Assembly (NCBI GenBank): GCA_963704885.1
Contig: CAVPIB010000001.1
Coordinates: 192,001-256,000, forward strand
Direction: 5' to 3'
DNA: 64,000 bases
Source of the DNA: an uncultured Actinomycetes bacterium
GTDB lineage: Bacteria; Actinomycetota; UBA4738; HRBIN12
A model generated the notes under the pieces. It was not told the origin of the DNA. It saw only the letters and a program-made list of their open reading frames with translations, and made no database searches. Below, in pieces: positions 37,834 to 48,189 of the stretch (its first letter is position 1; every line of letters starts with the position of its first letter). The position numbers were made by a program, and so were the translations under genes.

Positions 37834-40130
37834 CACCCGATGTTACCGGGAAGCAGGCGCAGAGTGGCGACGGCCGCCGCTTCGACGGCGGCGCGCGTGA
37901 ACGGTAGGGGGTGATGCTCGCCGGCCGCCCAGAGCGGGGCCTGGTCGTTCCAGTGGGGGGAGGTGGGGTTGCCCGAGATCCCAGACGGCAACACGCCTAC
38001 GGACCGATCGAGGTCGGACAGGTCGTAGACGGCGCGCCACGAGGCGATCACCGCGGGCTCGTAGCCGTCGCGTCCGTCGAACCCGCCCTGCATCACCGTC
38101 TGCTCGTCTCCGCCGAGCTCGACGTCCGCCGCGCTGAAGAGTGGCTCCAGTCCGGGGAGCGCGCCGAGCGGGTGGACCAGTTGGAGTCGGTGCAGCGCTC
38201 CCCATCGCCACTCGGAGGGATCGTCTCCCAGATGTTCGCGGAGCTCGGCGAGCGCGTCCACGAGCGCCGCGCGAAGGAGGTCGTGGTCCAGCCAGTCGTT
38301 CGGCTCGCGCAGCATCGCCGGTAACGCCTCGCACTGGAAGACCTCGCGCCACGTGTGGTACAGGCGGAAGAGCTCCTCGCCCAACCGAGGTTCCAGCACG
38401 CGTCGCGCGATGTTGCGGGACCACGCGTTGAACACCGCGGCGCCCGCGGACCCTGCGTTCATGTCGCAGTCCCACCCTCGGAGCATGTCGATCGCAGCGC
38501 GCTCCCCCTCCGTATGAGGCTCTACGGCCAGCAGCCAGGGGAGGGCCTCGCGCGCCGGAAGCGAGACGGTGTCCGATTGGATCGCCGCGAGCGACGCGAC
38601 GTCGTGCGTTGGGACGGCTTCGAGGCGCTCTACGATCCGCCGCGCCCGGTACGGCGTGTGGAAATCGTGGCCGATCAGATGCGGGTAGGAGTCGTCGTGG
38701 ATGCGGTTGTTGGCGGTGACGACGTAGCCGCGTTCGGGGTCGACCGACCAGGGCAGTTCATCGAACGGGATCCACCCCTCCCACTCGTGGTCGTCCGTCC
38801 AGCCCGGCACAGGCACCATGCCGTCGCCGGCGCGACGGACGGGGAACCGGCCCGTGCACTGGTAGCCGATCGTCCCGTCGACGTCGGCGTAGACGAAGTT
38901 CTGTCCGGGGCATTCAAGACCCCACGCCGCGCGGCGGAACTCCTCGAAGTTGGTCGCGCGAGCCGCGTCGATCGCGAGCGATGGACGGACGCCGCACTCG
39001 AGGCCGGTCCAGCGCAACGCGTATGTCTGGGTGGGCGGGAGCTCGATGTACTCGGCATGCAGCTGGCCGACGACCGCGGTCTCCAAGATCGGGCCGTGAC
39101 GTGTCTCCAGGACCTGCACCACGATCGGGTCGGCGGTCCCGCGCACATGGATCTCTTCGCGATGCACCGTGAGCGGTTCCCAGTCGCCGTGATGTTCGAC
39201 AGCGGTGCGCTCCTCGTTCAAGTGCTCGACGTAGAGGTCTTGGACGTCGCCGGTCACGTTGGTCACACCCCATGCGTGGTGAGCCGTCGTGCCGAGCAGG
39301 ATCCCCGGTGAGAACGTGAGCGCCACGCCGCGGGCCTCGTAGCCGGGTGCGCTCAGGTGCAGCTCCATCCACACACCCGGCTGCACCGCCAGTAGGTGAG
39401 GGTCGTTGGCGAGCAGCGGCTTCCCGCTCGCGGTCCGCGACCCCGCGACCGCCCAGTCGTTCGAACCCTGCGCCTTCGGGTGCGGCAGACCGTCGAGCAG
39501 CCTGCCCGTGAGCGAGCCGGCGGCCAACTGTGGAGGGTCGGCGGGGAGCGGCGGCATCAGGGTCTCGACGGCCTCGCGTCCCAGACGCTCTGCGATCGCC
39601 GCCCGCAGCAGCTCGGAGTCCCAGTTGCCCGACAGACCCCACGCCAGGAAGACGAACGCGGCTCCCCACGCGGCTTCGTCTGTCGGCAGCTCGGGCGCAA
39701 GATCGAGCAGCGTGTACTCGACCGGTGGTGCGGGCATGACCGCGATCCACGCCGCCACACCCTCCCGGAACCGGGCGTGCATGGTGTGCGAGGTGTCGTC
39801 CCACCCGGCCGCCAACCGCCCGCCGGCGCGATGGAACCCGACCGTTCGCGCGAAACGGTCGTCGGGGAGCGTCTGGTCGGCGAACATCTCCGACAGCCGG
39901 CCGTTCGCGGCGCGGAGCAGCAGGTCCAGCTGGAACAAGCGCTCTGCGGCGGTGACGAATCCCTGCGCGAACCAGAGGTCCTCCTGCGACTTGGCCGTGA
40001 TGTAGGGGACGCCCCACCGGTCTCGGAGAACCTCGACAGACTCGGCCAGACCGGGGGCGACGAGCTTCCCGTCTTCTGGGAAGAGCGACGCGGCTGCGAT
40101 GTCCCGCAGCTGATCGAGGAAGTCGCCCAT
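37833..40130 (-). CDS. Penicillin acylase-family Ntn hydrolase
   Basis: RDRWGVPYI, AQGFVTA.ERLFQ, GSNDW nucleophile, LLANDPHL, QNFVYAD. Confidence 0.92.
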   Translation of the reverse strand: MGDFLDQLRDIAAASLFPEDGKLVAPGLAESVEVLRDRWGVPYITAKSQEDLWFAQGFVTAAERLFQLDLLLRAANGRLSEMFADQTLPDDRFARTVGFHRAGGRLAAGWDDTSHTMHARFREGVAAWIAVMPAPPVEYTLLDLAPELPTDEAAWGAAFVFLAWGLSGNWDSELLRAAIAERLGREAVETLMPPLPADPPQLAAGSLTGRLLDGLPHPKAQGSNDWAVAGSRTASGKPLLANDPHLLAVQPGVWMELHLSAPGYEARGVALTFSPGILLGTTAHHAWGVTNVTGDVQDLYVEHLNEERTAVEHHGDWEPLTVHREEIHVRGTADPIVVQVLETRHGPILETAVVGQLHAEYIELPPTQTYALRWTGLECGVRPSLAIDAARATNFEEFRRAAWGLECPGQNFVYADVDGTIGYQCTGRFPVRRAGDGMVPVPGWTDDHEWEGWIPFDELPWSVDPERGYVVTANNRIHDDSYPHLIGHDFHTPYRARRIVERLEAVPTHDVASLAAIQSDTVSLPAREALPWLLAVEPHTEGERAAIDMLRGWDCDMNAGSAGAAVFNAWSRNIARRVLEPRLGEELFRLYHTWREVFQCEALPAMLREPNDWLDHDLLRAALVDALAELREHLGDDPSEWRWGALHRLQLVHPLGALPGLEPLFSAADVELGGDEQTVMQGGFDGRDGYEPAVIASWRAVYDLSDLDRSVGVLPSGISGNPTSPHWNDQAPLWAAGEHHPLPFTRAAVEAAAVATLRLLPGNIG

Positions 40131-40141
40131 GGCGCCGCAGC

Positions 40142-41980
40142 CTACCTGTCGACAGGTTCTTGGTCGTTCGCGGCGCGGACGTTGCCGAGCCAACTCGCGT
40201 ACATCCCCGCGTAGACGCCGCCGAGGGAGAGCAGCTCGGCGTGCGTGCCCTCCTCGACCAGCAGGCCCTCGTGCAGGACCAGGACGCGATCCGCATGTTC
40301 GGCGGTCGAGAGCCGATGGGCGATCGTGATGACCGTGCGTCCTGCCGAGAGCCGGCGGAGCGCCTCGGTAGCCCGGCGCTCGGTGGCCGGGTCCACCGCG
40401 CTCGTCGCCTCGTCGAGGATCAACAGACCGGGCTCGTCGATCTGCGCCCGTGCCAGCGAGACCAGCTGCCGCTCGCCTACCGAGAGCGCTTCGCCACGCT
40501 CCCCGACGCTGGTATCGAGCCCGTCGGGCAGCGAGGCCACCCAGTCGGAGAGCCCGAGCTCGTCGAACGCCGTCTCTACGTCGCGATCGGTCGCGCCGGT
40601 GCGGCCGAACCGAACGTTCTCCCGGACGGTCGTGTCGAACAGGAACCCATCCTGCGGCACCATGCGGATCGCACGTCGCCGGGAAGCTGGATCGACCTCG
40701 CGGAGGTCGATCCCCTCGACGTCGATCAGACCCTCGGCCGGATCGGCCAAGCGCGCCAGGAGCTTCGCGAATGTCGTCTTGCCTCCACCTGTCTCGCCCA
40801 CGATCGCCAGATGCGCGCCGGCGTCCACCGCGACCGTGATACCTCGGAGCACGGGACCGCCCTCGCGGTAGGCGTACCGGACGTCGCTAACGCGTATCGC
40901 GAGAGCGCCCTTCGGCAACTCGATACCCCTCACGGGCTCGACGATCTCGACCGGAAGGTCGAGAACCGTGAGGATCTTCCGCCAACCCGCGATCGCCGTC
41001 TGCGTCTCCGCGTAGACCTCGGGCAGGTCCATGAACACGTGCAGGAAGATGTCCGAGAGGAAGATGAACGCCGTGACGCTTCCGAACGTCAGCCCCCAGC
41101 TCGGTCCGAAGCTGGCGCCCAAGACCACGATCGTCGCGACCGCGGCCGCATAGAACATCGTCCCCATGGGGAAGAGGGTGGCCGACCGCCAATGCGCCAC
41201 GACCTGCGCGCGGTAGCGCTCGTCGATCGCGTGCTTCACTCGAACGTCGGTGCGTTCCTCCAGGCCGTAGGCGCGAACGACCGCGGCGCCCATCACACTT
41301 TCGGAGACCTCCGACAAGAGCTCGCCCACGCGCGTACGGACCGTGTCGAACGCTTGCGTGAGGCGCGCCTGCATCGAGAACACGAACAACAACAGCGGGA
41401 TCACGAGCAACACGACAGGGATGGTTAGCTGCCACGAATAGGTGAGCATGAGTGCGAGCCCGCCGATCGCGAGCGCGAACGAGATGATCCAGGCGATCGC
41501 GCCCCATTCGGTGAACTTCGAGAGGGTGTCGACGTCGGCGGTGACACGCGCCACGAAGATGCCGCGCTTCTCCTCGGACTGCTCCGCGATCGAGAGCCGG
41601 TGGATGTGCTCGAACGTCCGCACGCGCAGGGACGTGAGGGCCTGCTCGGACGCCCGTACCAGCCGGCGGGCGGCCGCCCGACCCGCGACGTAGGTGAGTA
41701 GGACGAGCGCGAGGGCCCACGCACAGTTGGTGAACACGTAGGCCGCCTGGAAACCTCCTGTGAACCCGTTGTCCAAGATGCGTTTCACCAGGATCGGTGT
41801 CACGAGGGTCGCGACCGTTACACCGAGCGAGATCACGACCGTGAAGCCCAATCCCTTACGGAGCTCAGGGGACTCGCGAAGCCCGCGTCGCAGGACCGAA
41901 CGAGCGCGCTCCAGGTGCGGTGGGATCTCGAGCTCAGGCTCCGCCGACCGCGACACCTCCTCGACGCTCGTGACGCTCAT
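40142..41980 (-). CDS. ABC exporter, fused TMD-NBD
   Basis: GETGGGKT, LSVGERQ, ILDEATS, IAHRLST. Confidence 0.92.
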   Translation of the reverse strand: MSVTSVEEVSRSAEPELEIPPHLERARSVLRRGLRESPELRKGLGFTVVISLGVTVATLVTPILVKRILDNGFTGGFQAAYVFTNCAWALALVLLTYVAGRAAARRLVRASEQALTSLRVRTFEHIHRLSIAEQSEEKRGIFVARVTADVDTLSKFTEWGAIAWIISFALAIGGLALMLTYSWQLTIPVVLLVIPLLLFVFSMQARLTQAFDTVRTRVGELLSEVSESVMGAAVVRAYGLEERTDVRVKHAIDERYRAQVVAHWRSATLFPMGTMFYAAAVATIVVLGASFGPSWGLTFGSVTAFIFLSDIFLHVFMDLPEVYAETQTAIAGWRKILTVLDLPVEIVEPVRGIELPKGALAIRVSDVRYAYREGGPVLRGITVAVDAGAHLAIVGETGGGKTTFAKLLARLADPAEGLIDVEGIDLREVDPASRRRAIRMVPQDGFLFDTTVRENVRFGRTGATDRDVETAFDELGLSDWVASLPDGLDTSVGERGEALSVGERQLVSLARAQIDEPGLLILDEATSAVDPATERRATEALRRLSAGRTVITIAHRLSTAEHADRVLVLHEGLLVEEGTHAELLSLGGVYAGMYASWLGNVRAANDQEPVDR

Positions 41981-43788
41981 CGCCGCTCGATCCGTTCGTA
42001 CGCGCGGATCATGGCCGCATAACCCGGCATGCTTGCGATCAGCTCCTCGTGCGAGCCCGTCGCGCGGAGTTGTCCGTCCTCCAGGTACAGGATCCGGTCG
42101 GCGAGGCGGATCGTCGACAGCCGATAGGCCACTACGACGAGCGTCGTGCGTAGCTCGTCGCGGAGCGCACCCAGGATCTGAGCCTCGATCGTTGGGTCAA
42201 CGGCGGAGGTCGCATCGTCCAGGATCAGCAGCCGAGGCTGCCGGACGAGGGCGCGCGCCAGCGCGATCCGCTGGCGTTGGCCGCCCGAGAGCGTATGCCC
42301 TCGCTCGCCGACGACGGTGTCGAAGCCTTGGGGCAACGCGCGGATGAACCGGTCGGCTTGCGTGATCCTGGCTGCGCGCTCGATATCGGTGTCGGTGGCG
42401 CCCGTGTCGAGCGCGATGTTGTCGCGGACGCTCGCCGCGAACAGGAAGCTCTCCTGGAAGACGATCGCCGTCGCATCCCTGAGCGAGGCCGCGTCGACAT
42501 CTCGCAGGTTCACGCCGCCCACCCGAACCTCACCCGTGTCAGGATCGTCCAGGCGGACCAGCAGCTGCGCGAGCGTGCTCTTGCCCACGCCGGTCGGGCC
42601 GACGATCGCCACCGACTCGTCGGCGTCGATCCGGAGCGACACTCCGTCGAGCACCCGCTGGTCCCCGTACGTGTACGAGACCTCTTCGAACCGAGCGTCG
42701 AGTGACCCCTGGGGCACGGCGACGGGGTGGGCGGCCGGTTCCACCGTGACGGGCTCGGCGAAGACCGCCTCCAGGCGTGCGTAGCTCACCACGGCGCGAG
42801 GCAGCTCCGACAGGATCCATCCGATGAAGCGCATCGGCCACGAGAGCAGACCGAACAGGACGACGAACTGGATCAGATCTCCGATGGAGACGTCGCCCGT
42901 CGATACGCGCCACGATCCGACCGCCAAGAGCATCACGATGCCGAGGGTGGGCAGGGCCTCGAGCGCGGGTTCGAAGCTCGCGCGGATGAACCCGGCTTGA
43001 ACACGCTCATCCCTGAGCGCTCGAGCCTCGACCCCGAGGCGCTCGGTCTCGTGGGCCTCGCGCCCCAGCGTCTTCACGATCAACGCGCCGTCGATGCTCT
43101 CGTGCGCGACCGCCGAGACGTCGCCGATCTTCTCCTGGGCACGGCGGGCCGGCCCTTCCATCCGGCGCGCGAAGCTGTTGTTCATCAACGCGAGCGCAGG
43201 GAAGAGCAGGAACCCGATCATCGCTAGGAACGGGTCGGTCACGATGAGAGCGATCATCGCGAACGCGACGAGGAAGATCACCCCGCAAGCGAACGGCACC
43301 GGGTGGAGCACGTCCACGGCTGCCTCGACGTCGGCTTCCATGTGGGCGAGTAGCTCGCCCGTGGGGGTCTCTTTGTGGAACTGGAGCGACAACTCGCGGT
43401 ACCGGTCGGCGACGCGGCGACGCAGGGTAGCCATCACTTGCGCGCCCGCGACGCCGCTGTAGTACCGGCGCACCATGATCCCGATCGAGCGGATCGATCC
43501 CACGATCAAGATCGCCAGGGCGCCCAGCCAGATCTTCGAGGTCTCGACGCCGCCGGAGAACGCCGGCTCGAGCACTTGGTCAGTGATCCGTCCGAGCACG
43601 ATCGTGAGGCCGATCGACCCGATGGCATAGAGGAAGGCGCCGCCGACCGAGATCAGGAACGGTTTGGGGTGGAGCCTCACGTAGGAACCGATCAGACGCA
43701 GGCCGCGCGTGAACAGGCCCGGTTCGTCCAGGGTCGGTGTCTCGACGCGCGCCTGCACTCCTGCCCCCCTCGGTTTGCGCCTCAGCAT
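41977..43788 (-). CDS. ABC exporter, fused TMD-NBD (degenerate half of a heterodimer; start uncertain)
   Basis: GPTGVGKS, LSGGQRQ, ILDDATS, VAYRLST. Confidence 0.92.
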   Translation of the reverse strand: MLRRKPRGAGVQARVETPTLDEPGLFTRGLRLIGSYVRLHPKPFLISVGGAFLYAIGSIGLTIVLGRITDQVLEPAFSGGVETSKIWLGALAILIVGSIRSIGIMVRRYYSGVAGAQVMATLRRRVADRYRELSLQFHKETPTGELLAHMEADVEAAVDVLHPVPFACGVIFLVAFAMIALIVTDPFLAMIGFLLFPALALMNNSFARRMEGPARRAQEKIGDVSAVAHESIDGALIVKTLGREAHETERLGVEARALRDERVQAGFIRASFEPALEALPTLGIVMLLAVGSWRVSTGDVSIGDLIQFVVLFGLLSWPMRFIGWILSELPRAVVSYARLEAVFAEPVTVEPAAHPVAVPQGSLDARFEEVSYTYGDQRVLDGVSLRIDADESVAIVGPTGVGKSTLAQLLVRLDDPDTGEVRVGGVNLRDVDAASLRDATAIVFQESFLFAASVRDNIALDTGATDTDIERAARITQADRFIRALPQGFDTVVGERGHTLSGGQRQRIALARALVRQPRLLILDDATSAVDPTIEAQILGALRDELRTTLVVVAYRLSTIRLADRILYLEDGQLRATGSHEELIASMPGYAAMIRAYERIERR

Positions 43789-43862
43789 CGTACGCAAGCC
43801 GACCGGAGGCTCGCGGGGCGCGTCACGTTGCAGGGTTCGGCGCCCCCTGGAATGATGCGCTC

Positions 43863-45578
43863 ATGACCGAGCACCGGCCGTGGTTCGCGACCTGGCGCCC
43901 CGGCGTGCCGAAGACGCTCGAGCCCTACCCCCAGGTCTCCGTCTACTCGCTGCTGGCCGACTCTGCCGCGGGCTTCCCCGAAAGCGTGGCGCTGGCGTTC
44001 CTTGGCAAGCACGTCAGCTACCGAGAGCTGCTCGCCGAGGTGGAGCGTTTCTCCGCCGTGCTCGCCGGCCTAGGCGTGAAGAAGGGCGACCGGGTCGGAC
44101 TGCTGTTGCCCAACTGCCCGCAGTACGTGATCGCCTGGTACGCCACCGTTCGGCTGGGAGCGATCGCGATCGGCAACAACCCGCTCTATACACAACGTGA
44201 GCTGACCCATCAGATCAGGGACTTCTCGCCGAACGTCATGATCGTGCTCGATCAGCTCTACCCGGGTCTCGCGGCGATACAAGCCGAGGCGGGTTTCACC
44301 GAGGTCGTCGTGACCAAGTTGACCGACTACATGAAGTTCCCGCTCAACCTGCTCGCGCCCCTCAAGTTCAGGAAGGATCACAAGAAGGAAGGCAAACCCT
44401 GGCCGCCGGTTCCTAAGGACGCGAAGGTCCGCTGGTGGCGAGATCTGATGGCTAAGGCGGGCACGCCTCCGCCGGTTGCCGAGGTGGACGCCGTCCACGA
44501 CGCCGCCGCCTTCATCTACACCGGTGGGACGACGGGTCTGTCCAAGGGCGCCATGCTCTCGCACCACAACTTCGTGTCGAACGTCCTGCAGGTAGCGCCG
44601 TGCATCACCGACTTCACCCGCGGGCACGATGGCGTGATGTGCGTGCTGCCGTTCTTCCATTCGTTCGGCACGGTCGCTATGAACTTCGGCCTGCACCAGG
44701 CGGGGAAGCTCGTGTTGCTGCCGCGATTCGAGCTCCACATGGTGTTGAAGCAGCTCGCGAAGGAGCGGCCGTCGTTCTTTCCCGGCGTGCCGCGCCTGTA
44801 CGTGGCGCTGAACGAGGCGCCCGAGACCGCCAAGTACGACCTCAAGTCCGTCAAGGCCTGCATCTCGGGTGCCGCACCGTTGCCGAAGGCCGTGGCCGAC
44901 CGGTTCCACGAGATCACCGGTGGCGCGAAGCTGGTGGAGGGCTACGGCCTGACCGAGTGCTCACCGGTGACGCACGTGAACCCGTTCGATGCGCCGCATC
45001 CCGGAACGATCGGCATCCCCATCCCCGATACGGATTGCAGGATCGTCGACATAGAGGATCCCGATCGCGAGGTCGCCGTGGGCGAGCGGGGCGAGCTCTG
45101 TATCAAGGGCCCACAGATCATGCTGGGGTACTGGAACAAACCGGAGGCGACGGCCGAGATGATCCGCAACGGGTGGCTGCACACCGGCGACATCGCGACC
45201 ATGGATGACGACGGCTTCTTCCGGATCGTTGACCGGCTGAAGGACATGATCATCGTCTCGGGGTTCAACGTCTATCCCACCGAGGTAGAGGCGGTGCTCT
45301 TCAACAATCCGAAGGTGTCCAAGGCGAGCGTCGTCGGGATCCCCGACGAGCGCACCGGGGAACGGGTGAAGGCCTACATCGTGCTCAAGGAGGGCAAGAC
45401 CGCGACGGCGGAGGAGATCGAGGCCTGGTGCCGCGATCCCGAGCAGGGTCTGACCGGCTACCGGGTACCCCACGAGGTCGAGTTCCGCAGCGAGCTCCCC
45501 GAGACGCTGATCGGAAAGGTCTTGCGCCGGGTCCTTCAAGAAGAGGAACGCCAGAAGACCGAGGCGCCGGCGTCCTGA
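43863..45578 (+). CDS. fadD: Long-chain fatty-acid-CoA ligase
   Basis: YTGGTTGLSKG, EGYGLTE, GWLHTGD, GKVLRR. Confidence 0.88.
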   Translation: MTEHRPWFATWRPGVPKTLEPYPQVSVYSLLADSAAGFPESVALAFLGKHVSYRELLAEVERFSAVLAGLGVKKGDRVGLLLPNCPQYVIAWYATVRLGAIAIGNNPLYTQRELTHQIRDFSPNVMIVLDQLYPGLAAIQAEAGFTEVVVTKLTDYMKFPLNLLAPLKFRKDHKKEGKPWPPVPKDAKVRWWRDLMAKAGTPPPVAEVDAVHDAAAFIYTGGTTGLSKGAMLSHHNFVSNVLQVAPCITDFTRGHDGVMCVLPFFHSFGTVAMNFGLHQAGKLVLLPRFELHMVLKQLAKERPSFFPGVPRLYVALNEAPETAKYDLKSVKACISGAAPLPKAVADRFHEITGGAKLVEGYGLTECSPVTHVNPFDAPHPGTIGIPIPDTDCRIVDIEDPDREVAVGERGELCIKGPQIMLGYWNKPEATAEMIRNGWLHTGDIATMDDDGFFRIVDRLKDMIIVSGFNVYPTEVEAVLFNNPKVSKASVVGIPDERTGERVKAYIVLKEGKTATAEEIEAWCRDPEQGLTGYRVPHEVEFRSELPETLIGKVLRRVLQEEERQKTEAPAS

Positions 45579-46276
45579 GCGCGATCTACGAGGCGGTCGT
45601 GTTCGACCTGTTCGGGACGCTCGTACCGGAGTTCTCCAGATCCGACTTCTTCGACGCCGTGCGGAAGATGGCCCGGATCGTGGGCGCGGATGCCGGTCAG
45701 TTCGAGGCGGCGTGGACCGGGACGGCGCTCGAACGGCAGACCGGTGGGTTCGCGACCGTGGAGGAGAACGTCCGATCGATCTGCTCGTCGCTGGGCGTCG
45801 AGCCCTCGGAAGACGCGGTCGACCGTGCGCTCGACGTTCGGTTGGATCTGTACCGCAAGTGGTTCCACCCGCGTGTGGGAGCGCTTGAGACGCTTGCCGA
45901 GCTCAGGGCGCGTGGCTACCCGATCGGTCTGATCAGCATGTGTGCGCCGGACGCACCGGCCATGTGGCGGGCGTCGCGGCTTGCGCCCTTCGTCGACGTC
46001 GAGGTCTTCTCGAGCGAGGTCGGGCTTCGCAAGCCCGACGCGGCGATCTACCGGTACGCGACCGACGGGCTCGGCGTGGATCCGCACGCCTGCCTGTACT
46101 GCGGGGACGGCGCTTACGGCGAGCTGTCGGGAGCAGCGGCTGTAGGCATGACTCCGTACCTGATCGCGGACCCGTCGGTAGACCACGAGGAGTCGCTCAC
46201 GCCCGAACGCGAGGAGTGGGACGGCCCCGCGGTATCAGACCTCCGCGAGCTCCTCCCCCTCCTGCCGGGTATCTAG
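45575..46276 (+). CDS. HAD-family hydrolase (start probably CTG overlapping the fadD stop)
   Basis: AVVFDLFGTL, RKPDAAIY, YCGDG. Confidence 0.85.
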   Translation: MSAIYEAVVFDLFGTLVPEFSRSDFFDAVRKMARIVGADAGQFEAAWTGTALERQTGGFATVEENVRSICSSLGVEPSEDAVDRALDVRLDLYRKWFHPRVGALETLAELRARGYPIGLISMCAPDAPAMWRASRLAPFVDVEVFSSEVGLRKPDAAIYRYATDGLGVDPHACLYCGDGAYGELSGAAAVGMTPYLIADPSVDHEESLTPEREEWDGPAVSDLRELLPLLPGI

Positions 46277-47325
46277 ATCGCTCTCGGTTCTCGGGATCTC
46301 CGCACGTACCGCCGCCGGTGGAGCGCGTAGGCCATCGGTCCGACCACCAACGGCAACCAGTACGAAACCAAGCGGTACGCGAGCGTGGCCAGCACCGCGT
46401 CGGCCGCGTTCACCCCGGCCAAGGTGAGCGTCGCGGTGAGCCCCGCCTCTACGAATCCCAACCCACCCGGGGTGATTGGGATCATGCCGAGGACGGCCGC
46501 CGTGACGTAGGCCAGCAGGACGAGCGACGGACGGGGACGGCTGCCGACGGCGGTGAGCGCCGCGAGGAGTGCCAGGTAATCGAAGAGCCAGTTGCCCATG
46601 GACGTGACGAGAGCCATCCACCACTTGGTGCCGAGCGTGCCCCGGATCTCGTCGCGTTCCGCGAGGAGCGTGTCGGGTAGGTCCGTCCGCGGCGTTCTAT
46701 CGCGGTGCATGTGGTTCAACGTCCACTGGATCGTCCGGCCCGCCGCGGCGAGAGGTCGCCGCGACGACAGCAGCATCGCTCCCACGGCGACCGCCAGGAC
46801 GAACAGGCCGGCGCCGAGCCAGGCGGACTGCGTGAGGCCCCGTGGCGCCGGCGCGCCGAACACGATCGCGGGAAGGGCCAACACGGGGAGCGCGAACAAG
46901 GTGCCGGAGCTGATGAGCGTCGCGGTGGTTAGACCGGTTCCGATCGTGGTGGCGTCCAAACCCGACTGGACCAGCAGGCGGTACTGGATCGCGCCGCCCG
47001 CGGCCGCGCCTCCCGGCACGATCCGGCTGAACGCGTTCCCGGCGATCTGTGCCGTGGCGATCGCGAACCACCGTCCCGTTCGAAGCGCCACCCGTTGGAG
47101 GGCCCACGCGCACCCGAAGCTCGCGATCTCGGCCAGGAACATCGCCACGAACCAAACCGGGTTGATGGTGAGTAGGTCGGGCCAGGCGGAGAAGACTTTC
47201 AGGAGCGAGGGCCACAAGACGTAGAGCGTCAAGAGCGAGACGAGCAGGAAGATCAGTCGAACGATGATGCGACGCCGGAGCGACGGCTCGGCTCCGGAGA
47301 TGACACGATCGTTCGGCTCAGCCAT
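46273..47325 (-). CDS. Lysylphosphatidylglycerol synthase-like TM (flippase-type, UPF0104) protein
   Basis: Multi-TM; PITPGGLGFVEA, YRLVSYWLP. Confidence 0.82.
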   Translation of the reverse strand: MAEPNDRVISGAEPSLRRRIIVRLIFLLVSLLTLYVLWPSLLKVFSAWPDLLTINPVWFVAMFLAEIASFGCAWALQRVALRTGRWFAIATAQIAGNAFSRIVPGGAAAGGAIQYRLLVQSGLDATTIGTGLTTATLISSGTLFALPVLALPAIVFGAPAPRGLTQSAWLGAGLFVLAVAVGAMLLSSRRPLAAAGRTIQWTLNHMHRDRTPRTDLPDTLLAERDEIRGTLGTKWWMALVTSMGNWLFDYLALLAALTAVGSRPRPSLVLLAYVTAAVLGMIPITPGGLGFVEAGLTATLTLAGVNAADAVLATLAYRLVSYWLPLVVGPMAYALHRRRYVRRSREPRAI

Positions 47326-47340
47326 CGGGCGTCCGCAGCG

Positions 47341-48189
47341 TCAGATGAGCGACAACACCGTGGCGCGCTCATCGTCGGTCAGTCCCCGGAGGGGAGCCCT
47401 GACGTCGGCTGTGGTTAGGACGTCCTTCGACACGAGTATCTCCTTCAGCGCCGCGTGGAACGGGATGCCCTCCAGTGCTTCTCGGAGCCGTTCCACTCGT
47501 TCCTCAGCCGCGGCGCTCCGCTCATGGACCAAGGAGGCAACGATCTCGGGGAAGGCGGTCGCCAGGCCGCTCACGGCACCCAACGCCCCACGCTCCATGC
47601 CCCGAAGCACGAGCGGCTCGTAGCCGATGAACAGGTCCAGGTCCGGCAGGTCGAGGTAGGGCTCGACCGCGGCGAACGGCGTGTCCGAGACCTTCATGCC
47701 ACGCAGGTTGGGACATCGTTCGCGGATCCGCTGGATCACGTCGACGGGGATCGAATAGCCACTGCGTCCTGCGAACTCGTAGACGTAGAACGGCAGGGGA
47801 TCGCAGGCGCTCGCGACCGTGACGAAGTGACGGGTGAGCTCCTCGGGATCGAGCGGGAAGTAGGGCGGCGCGATCAAGGCGACGGCGTCGGCGCTGGCGT
47901 CCAGTGCATGGGCCGCCAGAGCGGTGGAGTCGGCGGTGGTTTGCGCTCCCACGTGGATGGCGATCTGGAACCCATCGGGACGCGACCCCAGGAACAGCTC
48001 GGTCACGCGTCGTCGTTCATCGACCGTGAGAAGCACGCCCTCGCCGGTCGTTCCGCATGCGAGCAGGCCGTCGGCCCCGCCCTCGGCGAGGAACCGAACG
48101 AGCGGTGGGAACGCCTCGGTGTCCAGGTGTCGTCCGCCGTCGCGCAGCGGGGTGACGGCGGCAGCGATAGCTCCGACCAGACCGGGCAT
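47341..48189 (-). CDS. DapA/NanA-family aldolase
   Basis: AAVTP, GTTGEG, PPYF, Schiff-base Lys in GMKVS; TGATG-coupled to proline dehydrogenase. Confidence 0.85.
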   Translation of the reverse strand: MPGLVGAIAAAVTPLRDGGRHLDTEAFPPLVRFLAEGGADGLLACGTTGEGVLLTVDERRRVTELFLGSRPDGFQIAIHVGAQTTADSTALAAHALDASADAVALIAPPYFPLDPEELTRHFVTVASACDPLPFYVYEFAGRSGYSIPVDVIQRIRERCPNLRGMKVSDTPFAAVEPYLDLPDLDLFIGYEPLVLRGMERGALGAVSGLATAFPEIVASLVHERSAAAEERVERLREALEGIPFHAALKEILVSKDVLTTADVRAPLRGLTDDERATVLSLI

